Assembly: GCA_964019335.1 (NCBI GenBank)
Contig: OZ025732.1
Coordinates: forward strand, 62,001 to 126,000
From: Diplonema japonicum
Taxonomy: Eukaryota > Protista > Euglenozoa: Diplonemea
DNA length: 64,000 nt
Direction: 5' to 3'
Shown piece after piece: positions 54,036 to 64,000 of this stretch. The number at the start of each line of letters is the position of its first letter. Position 1 is the first letter of the stretch. The notes under the pieces are model-generated. The model saw nothing but the letters and a program-made list of their open reading frames with translations, was not told the DNA's origin and ran no database searches. The translations under genes and the position numbers were made by a program.

Positions 54036-55181
54036 ATGAAAGGAAGCAAAGGACCATCGGCAGTGACGCTGCATGCGAGGCTCCCTATTTTTGAGACCAT
54101 CAGCATTGAGGCAGTGGCTTCGGAGGAGATGATGAAGGTGAAGGAGAGGATCGCATCGATGGGAGGGTTGGATGTGGACATCTTCACCCTCACCTTCGAT
54201 GGGGAGGTGGTGGTGGCGGCTGCTGCTGACGACGGCGGTGGACAGCTTGTCGGAGATCTTCCTTTTGAGGATGGAAGCATGCTTGAAGTGGTGGTGAGCA
54301 AGAGGCAGGCGGCTCTGTTGAAACTCTCTGAGATGGGGATCGAAGTGAAAGGAAGGGATTTGTTCGAGATATTTGAAAGCTGTTCAAGTCTGCAAGAGAA
54401 CAAGATGTGTGAGGTTGTGAACCTTCTCCTGGATGCTGGGGTGGGTGGTCGGGAGGAGGAGGCAGTTCACTTTGCGATCAAGCACAATCTTCCTTCTTGT
54501 GTGGAGGTCCTCTTGATTCGCACTTCTGTGGACGTGAATTCAGAAGTAGGTCTCCCTTACGATTGGGGATGTTCGTATACAGCACTTCACCGGGCCACTT
54601 CGGAGGAGGTGGCGGCTGTTCTCTTGAGACACAATGCAGATGTCAATGCAAGAGACGGTAATGGTGTTCCTATCCTTCACATAGAAGCATGTAAGGTGCA
54701 TCCTGGGAGCAAGCTTTCTGTACTTCTGAAACACAACGCAGATGCGAATGCGAGAGACTGGGAAGGAGATACGATTCTTCATTGCCACCGTGTTCACCCC
54801 TCTGCTGTACACCTTCTTCTTGAACACAAGGCAGACACCGAGGCAAAAGACAACAAGGGGAGAACACCCCTTTTCTTGGCTAATTTAGAGATGGCAAAAG
54901 CACTTCTTGAGCACAATGCTGATGTGAAGGCAAGGGACAACAGAGGGAACACGTGTCTGCACAGCGCTATTAAAAGATGTTGTTTCGAAGTGCTGCCTGT
55001 TCTGCTGAGACACAATGTAGATGTTACGGCAAGGAACGATGAAGGGAAGACGGCTCTCTGTGGTCTGTTGGAGGACCCGAGTCTCGCTCAGGACCTGGAG
55101 CTGTTCGAAAGTGGGAGGGAGCTGAGCGGCAGCAGCAGGCTTCCACTTCTTCAACTGATTTCAGTGACAAGAGCAAACTAG
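54036..55181 (+). CDS. UBL + ankyrin-repeat protein, copy 3
   Basis: Tandem duplicate. Confidence 0.85.
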   Translation: MKGSKGPSAVTLHARLPIFETISIEAVASEEMMKVKERIASMGGLDVDIFTLTFDGEVVVAAAADDGGGQLVGDLPFEDGSMLEVVVSKRQAALLKLSEMGIEVKGRDLFEIFESCSSLQENKMCEVVNLLLDAGVGGREEEAVHFAIKHNLPSCVEVLLIRTSVDVNSEVGLPYDWGCSYTALHRATSEEVAAVLLRHNADVNARDGNGVPILHIEACKVHPGSKLSVLLKHNADANARDWEGDTILHCHRVHPSAVHLLLEHKADTEAKDNKGRTPLFLANLEMAKALLEHNADVKARDNRGNTCLHSAIKRCCFEVLPVLLRHNVDVTARNDEGKTALCGLLEDPSLAQDLELFESGRELSGSSRLPLLQLISVTRAN

Positions 55182-55845
55182 CCCACCGACTAGGAGGAGG
55201 TGGCGGCTGTTCTCTTGAAACACAACGCAGATGTCAACGCAAGAGACGAAGGCGGTGTTCCTATCCTTCACCGAGAAGCATGTAAGGTGCATCCTGGGTA
55301 ACGTGATAAAAAGAAAAAAAAAAAGGATACTGAGGTCCGGCACCCGCAGTAGCCAAAAAAAAAAAAAAAAAAAAGAAGTGTAAAGTGCCAAACAACCAGC
55401 AAAGCTTGTGGGATGAGAACGACCGCATCGCTCGACTCCGCAAGGCGCTCACGGGAGAACCTACGAGCACTGAGAGGAAGAACTGATGCAAAGGACCATA
55501 GTCTACACACCACTCCACAGGAAGGCAGCCATAACTTCAAGAAAAAAACTATTCTAGCGCAACGCCGGGGCTGTATGCCCCCGGAAATGCCTCCAGATGT
55601 CCCAATTCTAGAGAGAGGGTGACCACACCCCCTGAACACTGTCAGACATATCCCTTAGCGCAGAAGTTCTTTTTTCGAATCGTCTATATATAGAGGCTCG
55701 TTGGTAGATGATTAAAAAAGCAATAAGAATACCTCTTTTATTCTTTTTCTTCTCTTTTAATATCTACATGCCCAACCTTGTATCAACAAACAACACAGGA
55801 TATTACCAAAGGATATTGAAAGAAAACAAGAAAAGAAACAAAACC

Positions 55846-56543
55846 ATGAAAGGAAGCAAAGGACCATCGGCAGTGACGCTGCATGCGAGGCTCCCTATTT
55901 TTGAGACCATCAGCATTGAGGCAGTGGCTTCGGAGGAGATGATGAAGGTGAAGGAGAGGATCGCATCGATGGGAGGGTTGGATGTGGACATCTTCACCCT
56001 CACCTTCGATGGGGAGGTGGTGGTGGCGGCTGCTGCTGACGACGGCGGTGGACAGCTTGTCGGAGATCTTCCTTTTGAGGATGGAAGCATGCTTGAAGTG
56101 GTGGTGAGCAAGAGGCAGGCGGCTCTGTTGAAACTCTCTGAGATGGGGATCGAAGTGAAAGGAAGGGATTTGTTCGAGATATTTGAAAGCTGTTCAAGTC
56201 TGCAAGAGAACAAGATGTGTGAGGTTGTGAACCTTCTCCTGGATGCTGGGGTGGGTGGTCGGGAGGAGGAGGCAGTTCACTTTGCGATCAAGCACAATCT
56301 TCCTTCTTGTGTGGAGGTCCTCTTGATTCGCACTTCTGTGGACGTGAATTCAGAAGTAGGTCTCCCTTACGATTGGGGATGTTCGTATACAGCACTTCAC
56401 CGGGCCACTTCGGAGGAGGTGGCGGCTGTTCTCTTGAGACACAATGCAGATGTCAATGCAAGAGACGGTAATGGTGTTCCTATCCTTCACATAGAAGCAT
56501 GTAAGGTGCATCCTGGGAGCAAGCTTTCTGTACTTCTGAAACA
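55846..56543 (+). pseudogene. UBL + ankyrin copy 4, truncated by Fam-C
   Basis: Homology stops at KLSVLLK. Confidence 0.85.
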
Positions 56544-57859
56544 GCGCGAAGCGCGGGCAGTTGTGCGACGGACAAGCGGAACCCGCAAAGAAGAAAGACC
56601 GCTTGGACCTCCTCAGGGCGAACCGACGGTCGGGCAAGGCCGCCGTTCACGCCCTGGCTGAAGAACATCGAGCGGGTCTGGAAGATAAGCTCTCCCACAC
56701 GAAACTGGCGACGGCCGGGATCGTCGAAGCGGAAGGGGAGTGGACGCCAGAAGCCATGATACGGGTCTGCAAACACGTCCTCGGCGAAGAGCCTAAAACC
56801 GCGAAGGAACTCGGGATTCACATGAAGTTTGTCCGGTTCGCCCTCATCCTGGACTTTGACAAGACGTGGATCATGGCCAGGTATGACTCGGAAGGCTGGA
56901 AGGCGAAGGGGGACGTCGAGAGACGGCAGCAGTTCACGCGGCACGGAGATATGAGAGCCTTGAAGGATCACTACTTCGTGGCCACTGACTGGCTGTTCTT
57001 CACCACGAGAACATATATTATAGTGCGACATGATCAGACTGGAACGTCACCATGAGAACATATATTATAGTGCGACATGATCAGACTGGAACGTCACCAT
57101 GAGAACATATATTATAGTGCGACATGATCAGACTGGAACGTCACCATGAGAACATATATTATAGTGCGACATGATCAGACTGGAACGTCACCATGAGAAC
57201 ATATATTATAGTGCGACATGATCAGACTGGAACGTCACCATGAGAACATATATTATAGTGCGACATGATCAGACTGGAACGTCACCATGAGAACATATAT
57301 TATAGTGCGACATGATCAGACTGGAACGTCACCATGAGAACATATATTATAGTGCGACATGATCAGACTGGAACGTCACCATGAGAACATATATTATAGT
57401 GCGACATGATCAGACTGGAACGTCACCATGAGAACATATATTATAGTGCGACATGATCAGACTGGAACGTCACCATGAGAACATATATTATAGTGCGACA
57501 TGATCAGACTGGAACGTCACCATGAGAACATATATTATAGTGCGACATGATCAGACTGGAACGTCACCATGAGAACATATATTATAGTGCGACATGATCA
57601 GACTGGAACGTCACCATGAGAACATATATTATAGTGCGACATGATCAGACTGGAACGTCACCATGAGAACATATATTATAGTGCGACATGATCAGACTGG
57701 AACGGCCGCCCCGGGGCATCCTCTGCTCAACCCGGCGGACGTGGGAGGCCCTTCTTCGGAAGGTGCCAGTCGCTTGATCAGTGTCGTCGAATGCGCGCTA
57801 TATTTTACATTTTATAAGTACATATAACAATCGATTGAAAGAAGAAGAACGTTTACCAA
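56544..57859 (+). mobile_element. Fam-C retroposon (ORF C-terminus + 3' UTR with internal 47-bp amplification)
   Basis: 3' part matches 13409-13603; ORF homologous to the Fam-D ORF. Confidence 0.8.
57000..57704 (+). repeat. 47-bp tandem repeat x15 (TCACCATGAGAACATATATTATAGTGCGACATGATCAGACTGGAACG)
   Basis: 705 bp = 15 x 47; no spacers; the first unit has one mismatch. Confidence 0.97.
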
Positions 57860-58392
57860 AGGCTGCAGCTGTAGCCGCCACCTCACGTGCCTGACGCTGG
57901 TATGACGAAGAAAGAAAAAAAAATGTAATAATAAAAAAAAAAAAAAAGGTATTGTACCTGATTGACGGCATTACGGGGTCCATCGTCGCGTCAATGGTGC
58001 AGCCAAACGCAGTGGGGCACGTTGCGCTTGTCTCTTTGGAACACATATACCTCTACACGTTCTTCAACACGAAGAGGGTATGCTTGGGAGAGGGACGGAG
58101 GAAAAAAAAAGTTTTTTTTTTATAGAAACGGTACCAACTCGGAGTCTGGAGCCTGTTCAAGGATACCGACCATCGACTTGAATTCGATGACCAAATCTTT
58201 CTTCCATTGGTGACGGCTTCTTGTTTGGGTGCACTATCACTAACCACTTCGGGCAATGAAGATCTCACAAGCGCATTAACAGGACGAGTCCGACTAGAAG
58301 ACATCCACAGCGAAGACGACCGCGAACGAGTGGAAGGCATCCAACACATGACCTTAACAAAACCCTCAAGACCACCCAAGGTCATGTTCCAA

Positions 58393-59032
58393 AGGAACAG
58401 GGCTTTCTGCTGCAAACCCAAGGGTTCGGGGACAAGTCCTACTCGACCGTGGCAGCCCTGCTCGCTGAATTTGTAGGGGCCGGGACCCTCTATTACAACG
58501 AATCGCAGTGGTCGACTGTCCTGCATTCCTACAACTAGGAACAATCGGAAACAACCCTACACAATGTAGGAGTGCCGGCCCGGCGTGCTACGAGGGCGAT
58601 AGGCTATGCAAGGTTTCACAGACCTCGCACCCTATTATTTAGTTTCCACCCTTTCCATTTTCTTTCCAATTTTAAACTTGTTTTTACCCTTTCTTCTTTT
58701 TCCTTTTCCTACATGTTTTCGGTCCCGGGTATGACGTTAAACTGCGTCCGCCGACGCGTCTGAACCAGCACTTCCTGGCGACCAGGCCGTCTTTTCTCTT
58801 TTCCTTTTTCACTTCGTTCCGTTATTTTCATTATTCTTTCCGGTGATAGACTGATACGGGCCATGGAAGCAACCTCTGCTTAATTCCTGGTACGTGGGAG
58901 GCTCCTCTTGAGGATGTCAGTCACCTTTTTCCTTTTTTATTCGACTCTCTGTTTTCGTATGCAGTATTTATTCTTTTCCACCCCTTTTTATCTATTTCTT
59001 CGCTTCTTCATCCTAACTTAAAACCATTTCAG
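58393..59032 (+). mobile_element. Fam-D copy ending TTTCAG
   Basis: Matches 45323-45963. Confidence 0.88.
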
Positions 59033-59493
59033 GAGCCTGTTCAAGGATACCGACCATCGACTTGAATTCGATGACGAATCTTTCTTCCATTGGTGATGGC
59101 TTCTTGTTTGGGTGCAACAAGTTAGAAACCATCGTACTATCACTAACCACTTCTGAAGATCTCACATGACCTTAACAAAACCCTCAAGACCACCCAAGGT
59201 CATGTTCCAACACTGCAAACCAAATGCACAACGGCATGTGGGGTACAGGACCGAAGGCGGCAAACGCACTTCGCGAAGCATGCTGCGACATGTCGGCAGG
59301 CTCCAGGCTCGCTCTCCGCAGAACCGAGGTTCAGAGAGACCATCCTCAACCTGATCGTCTGGTGTTGTTCCCCCTCCTTCTTTTTTTGTTTTATTTTTTA
59401 TAAATACAACTCTCGTTTTCTGAGTTCGCATGTTATCCCCCAACACAGCCCACCTATACCTGCACAACAACAACAACAATAACAACGAAAAGC

Positions 59494-61311
59494 ATGGATC
59501 CGTCGGTACTTCAGGAGCAAGGGGAGTGCTTCGTTACGAACGACAACAACACGAGGCTCACAAAAGAGGAGGGGAGGCTTGCCTTGTGGAGTGCTGTCTC
59601 AAAAGGGGACCTTGAGGAGATGAGGGATCTTGTTCTGGAGCGGGGTGTCGACCCTGGTGCAACGGACAGCGATGGTTTCACAGCCCTGCACTATGCAGCT
59701 CGCGAAAACAACTGTGTCGAGGCTGTGGCTGCTCTCGTCTCTACTTACCACCAGGACCCTGGTGTCAGAAGCAACGACGGTTTGACACCAGTTCATCAAG
59801 CAGCAGGGAAGGGACACATCGAGATAGTTAAATATCTCGCTGAGAGTTGCGGTCAAGACTGTGGTGTCAAATGCAACAACGGTTGGACACCGGTTTATTT
59901 TGCATCACAGAACGGCCACCTCGAGACATTAAGATATCTCGCCGAAGCTCGCGGTCAAGACTGTGGTGTCAAACACAGCGGCGGTTGGACACCGATTCAT
60001 CTTGCATCATGGAACGGCCACCTCGAGACATTAAGATATCTCACCGAAGCTCGCGGTCAAGACTGTGGAGTCAAACTCGACGACGGTTCTACACCGCTTC
60101 ATCTTGCATCACGGAACGGCCACCACGAGGCATTAAAATATCTCGCCGAAGCTCGCGGTCAAGACTGTGGTGTCACACGCAACGACGGTTTGACACCGGT
60201 TCTTCTTGCATCACGGAACGGCCACCTTGAGACTTTAAAATATCTCGCCGAAGCTCGCGGTCAAGACTGTGGTGTCAAACACAACGGCGGTTGGACACCG
60301 ATTCATCTTGCATCACAGAACGGCCACCTCGAGACATTAAGATATCTCGCCGAAGCTCGCGGTCAAGACTGTGGAGTCAAACTCGACGACGGTTCTACAC
60401 CGCTTCATCTTGCATCACGGAACGGCCACCACGAGACATTAAAATATCTCGCCGAAGCTCGCGGTCAAGACTGTGGTGTCACACGCAACGACGGTTTGAC
60501 ACCGGTTCTTCTTGCATCACAGAACGGCCACCTTGAGACTTTAAAATATCTCGCCGAAGCTCGCAGTCAAGACTGTGACATCAGATGCAACAAGGGTTTT
60601 ACACCGGTTCAATTTGCAGCACAGAACGGCCACCTTGAAATAGTTAAATATCTCGCCGAAAACCATGGTCAAGACTGTGGTGTCAAAAACAACGACGGTT
60701 GGACATCGGTTCTTCTTGCATCACGGAACGGCCGCCTTGAGACATTAAAATATCTTGTCGAAAACCGCGGTCAAGACTGTGGTGTCACAATCGATGACGG
60801 TTGGACACCGCTTCATTTTGCAGTAAACAAGGGACACATCGAGATCGTTAAATATCTCGCCGAAGCTCGCGGTCAAGACTGTGGTGTCAAACTCGACGAC
60901 GGCAGGACACCGCTTCATCTTGCATCACGGAAGGGCCACCTAGTGACATTAAGATATCTTGTCGAAAACCGCGGTCAAGACGCAGGTATTAAATGCAACG
61001 AGGGCTGGACACCGCTTCATCTTGCAGCAGATGGGGGACACATCGGGATAGTTAAATATCTCGCCGAAAACCGCGGTCAAGACTGTGGTGTCAAAAGCAA
61101 CGAGGGTTGGACACCGCTTCATCTTGCAGCAGAGAGGGGGCGAATCACGACTATTAAATATCTTGTTGAAAATCGCGGTCAAGACTGCGGCGTCCAAGGC
61201 CACGACGGTCGTACACCGATTGATAAAGCAGCACAGAAAAGTAACCTCGAAGTAGCTTTATATCTATACGGTCAAGCCCGTGGCCCGAAGCGTAGGAAGC
61301 TACAACAGTAG
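59494..61311 (+). CDS. Ankyrin-repeat protein (~16 x 34-aa repeats), possible C-terminal NLS
   Basis: GQDCGVxxxxGxTPxHLASxNGHLExLxYLAE units; ends PKRRKLQQ. Confidence 0.92.
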   Translation: MDPSVLQEQGECFVTNDNNTRLTKEEGRLALWSAVSKGDLEEMRDLVLERGVDPGATDSDGFTALHYAARENNCVEAVAALVSTYHQDPGVRSNDGLTPVHQAAGKGHIEIVKYLAESCGQDCGVKCNNGWTPVYFASQNGHLETLRYLAEARGQDCGVKHSGGWTPIHLASWNGHLETLRYLTEARGQDCGVKLDDGSTPLHLASRNGHHEALKYLAEARGQDCGVTRNDGLTPVLLASRNGHLETLKYLAEARGQDCGVKHNGGWTPIHLASQNGHLETLRYLAEARGQDCGVKLDDGSTPLHLASRNGHHETLKYLAEARGQDCGVTRNDGLTPVLLASQNGHLETLKYLAEARSQDCDIRCNKGFTPVQFAAQNGHLEIVKYLAENHGQDCGVKNNDGWTSVLLASRNGRLETLKYLVENRGQDCGVTIDDGWTPLHFAVNKGHIEIVKYLAEARGQDCGVKLDDGRTPLHLASRKGHLVTLRYLVENRGQDAGIKCNEGWTPLHLAADGGHIGIVKYLAENRGQDCGVKSNEGWTPLHLAAERGRITTIKYLVENRGQDCGVQGHDGRTPIDKAAQKSNLEVALYLYGQARGPKRRKLQQ

Positions 61312-61377
61312 GGCGCTGAAATAGTATAAACAGAAGGTCTTCATTATTTAACGCTGCTGGCCCCGACTCGTTTTTGA

Positions 61378-61755
61378 TTGTGGAGAACCCACGAAAAGCA
61401 ATCCAATACAACAACCATCTAACCTGCCGAAGTAGCATGCCAATCAGAAGGCGGCTGAGGCACTTATGATTCATTCAGAATCCCGAGATCCCATCCCTGA
61501 TCCCCAAGAGTGTACAATCCTGTTTCTCGCAGAAACAGAGAACAATACCAGCCGACAAGTCAGACGCAGCAGTGAACTAAAAAAGCCCCCCTGAACAAGT
61601 TTTTCCCCACCCCTATAACGTGATAATATTAAAAAAAAAAGGATACTGAGGTCCGGCACCCGGTATAAGAGGTGAGCGTCTCGGGACACTTCCAACCCAC
61701 CTAGTGGGTGCGGCCTTAGCAAGTCGAAAAGGAAGTGGAATTTAAAAAAAAAAAA
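61378..61755 (+). mobile_element. Ingi-2 ORF end + 3' UTR + GGAATTT-poly(A)
   Basis: Links the VENPRKAI end to the subfamily A terminus. Confidence 0.8.
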
Positions 61756-62199
61756 ATTATAGAGAAAGAAGGCACAGGAGACGATATAATGTTTATGGAT
61801 GAGAACAAGGGGGCGTCTCACAAAGACTTCCTTTAACTCATATATAATGTTACATTGTGTCACTCCTGCACCTGTTTTCAACCAGGCTCACGATAAACAT
61901 GGAAACCAAGTACCGGTTTTCTTTTTCTCAATTCTTTGCCTTTTTTGTTTTTGTGTTATATTTATATATATATTTTTTTTTTATTTTTGGATTGCATTCT
62001 CACCTCCATTTTCGTTTTTATTTTTGATTTAAATAGATAATTTTATGACATTTCTGTCGTTTCATCCCCTTTAGCTTCTCGTCCCCTCCCCCCACCCGAA
62101 CGTCTAGTTTTAAAAAAGAAAAAAGAAAGAGTTGTGACTGAGAGGCCTATATGTTTCCCCACACCTCCCCGAGTGATAAAGAAAACTCTGAAATCCCAA

Positions 62200-62525
62200 A
62201 ACTATACTTCATCACCCCGGAAGGACAAAACACCGGTCAACTACGAGAACAACGAACAGGTAAGCTTCAAGGAACACCTGAAGTACACGGCCAACCGACT
62301 TGAAAACAGGATGCAGGTGATGAAAGCACTGGCGGGTACGAAACTAGGAGGACCGTCTCAGTGGCAACGCACGCACTCGGAATATACGGACACAACGGAC
62401 CATCGAAAGCCTGCTGTGAGATACACAACGGACCATCGTAAGGCCTGATGAATGAGATAGACACAACCACGCCACCCGCCTCATAACAGGTGCTTCAAAG
62501 ACTACCACCTTGCCGAGGATACCCC
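62200..62525 (+). mobile_element. Degraded LINE RT-thumb remnant
   Basis: SFKEHLKYT..RMQVMKALAGTKLG and ATRLITGA resemble Ingi-1 TFGEHAQ..RLRVLKLLSGTSWG and AAVLITGC. Confidence 0.6.
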
Positions 62526-62812
62526 CCACATATTATTTGCCTGATGCCGCTCTCGTCCTGGGGAGAAGGACCTTTGGCGTTTCTTCGGTGTGACAGGGCC
62601 CCCCAAAAGGGGTTCGTGAGCACGTTCACTCACTTCGTTTCCTCTCTTCATGGTGAATTCTTTTTCCTCGCTTTTAGTATCAACATGCCCAAATATATAT
62701 CAACAAGCAACACAGGATGTTGAAAGAAAAATAGAAACGAGACAAAACCATGAAAGGAAGCGAAGGACCATCGGCAGTGACGCTGCAGGCGAGGCTCCCC
62801 ACCTCTGAGACC

Positions 62813-63446
62813 AGGGCTTTCTGCTGCAAACCCAAGGGTTCGGGGACAAGTCCTACTCGACCGTGGCAGCCCTGCTCGCTGACTTAGTAGGGGCCGGGAC
62901 CCTCTATTACAACGAGTCGCAGTGGTCGACTGTCCTGCATTCCTACAACTAGGAACAATCGGAAACAACCCTACACAATGTAGGAGTGCCGGCCCGGCGT
63001 GCTACGAGGGCGATAGGCTATGCAAGGTTTCACAGACCTCGCACCCTATTATTTAGTTTCCACCCTTTCCATTTTCTTTCCAATTTTAAACTTGTTTTTA
63101 CCCTTTCTTCTTTTTCCTTTTCCTACATGTTTTCGGTCCCGGGTATGACGTTAAACTGCGTCCGCCGACGCGTCTGAACCAGCACTTCCTGGCGACCAGG
63201 CCGTCTTTTCTCTTTTCCTTTTTCACTTCGTTCCGTTATTTTCATTATTCTTTCCGGTGATAGACTGATACGGGCCATGGAAGCAACCTCTGCTTAATTC
63301 CTGGTACGTGGGAGGCTCCTCTTGAGGATGTCAGTCACCTTTTTCCTTTTTTATTCGACTCTCTGTTTTCGTATGCAGTATTTATTCTTTTTCACCCCTT
63401 TTTATCTATTTTTTCGCTTCTCTATTCTAACTTAAAATCATTTCAG
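62813..63446 (+). mobile_element. Fam-D copy inserted after the 5' end (62750-62812) of a UBL-ankyrin gene
   Basis: Left flank CCACCTCTGAGACC; ends TTTCAG followed by CCACCT. Confidence 0.88.
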
Positions 63447-64000
63447 CCACCTTTTGCAGAATGCGGAATCTCCCCCTAAACTGCGACCACCATTCGCCCG
63501 CGTGGTGTACTCCGCCCCCGTCTCCTGGGGACACAGAATTTCACAAGGTGCACCTGTTCTCTCGTTGTAAGCAGGCAACTTGTCCTACTTTTCTGGGTAG
63601 GCTGCCTGTGTGGCCATGCCGAACTCCGTGGGGTGGAGGACCACGTCGGTACTGTCAATCTACACAGCTCGTAAAGATGGCTGCCTTCCTCGGGGTTGTC
63701 CAGCCCAGTTCATGCGATTGTGGCATCCATTTTTTGAACAGCGTCGTCAACCATCCTTACGCTCAGAGCTTTCCTGTCCAGTAGTTCGAACCGTCTGGCG
63801 TGGTTGTAGCAACTAAAAATGGCGTCATTGCCCCACTTCCCTCCGCCTCTGCTGTCGCTTTCTCCAACAGCTTCTTGTAGGGCTCCACGCTATCCCCTTT
63901 GGGGGCACACGTCGCCACTCGAGCGGAGGTCTGCTGGTTGACGCTACTGTGAGACCATATCACAGAAGCGACATTTTACTGTCTTCTTCAAAGCGTCTCC

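Larger units (their letters stand above)
50092..56543 (+). repeat. Tandem array of ~1809-bp units (3 complete + 1 truncated)
   Basis: ORF offsets of 1809, 1809 and 1810; the units are almost identical. Confidence 0.97.

Noticed and set aside
57000-57704. CRISPR array
   Set aside because: Head-to-tail identical units with no spacers, no cas genes and a eukaryotic context.

Overview
Eukaryotic, repeat-saturated window, most likely from a diplonemid or other euglenozoan. The evidence is a spliced-leader-like relic at 25465-25502, apparently intronless host genes that all lie on the + strand, and Ingi-type non-LTR retrotransposons. The host genes belong to three expanded families with constant ends and a variable middle: ubiquitin-like (UBL)+25-aa LRR proteins, UBL+ankyrin or ankyrin-only proteins (including a 1.8-kb tandem array), and four small two-TM DEG/ENaC/PAC-like channels. 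Mobile DNA comprises one near full-length Ingi-like LINE ('Ingi-1', APE-RT-RNaseH), fragments of a second ('Ingi-2'), a decayed pogo-like DNA transposon, a short repeat ('Fam-E') and two related 5'-truncated retroposon families ('Fam-D', 'Fam-C'); these labels are my own. The best candidate for a new system is Fam-D/Fam-C. They have no poly(A) tail. Fam-D ends exactly at a branch-point plus 3' splice site (CTAAC...TTTCAG) and is followed by NNRCC in all 8 scorable copies. A Fam-C insertion has a target duplication containing AG|GT that would let it be spliced out precisely. The two families share two covarying RNA structures (one pseudoknotted) and a Josephin-like C-terminal domain. All alignments and folds were done by eye and no database was searched.
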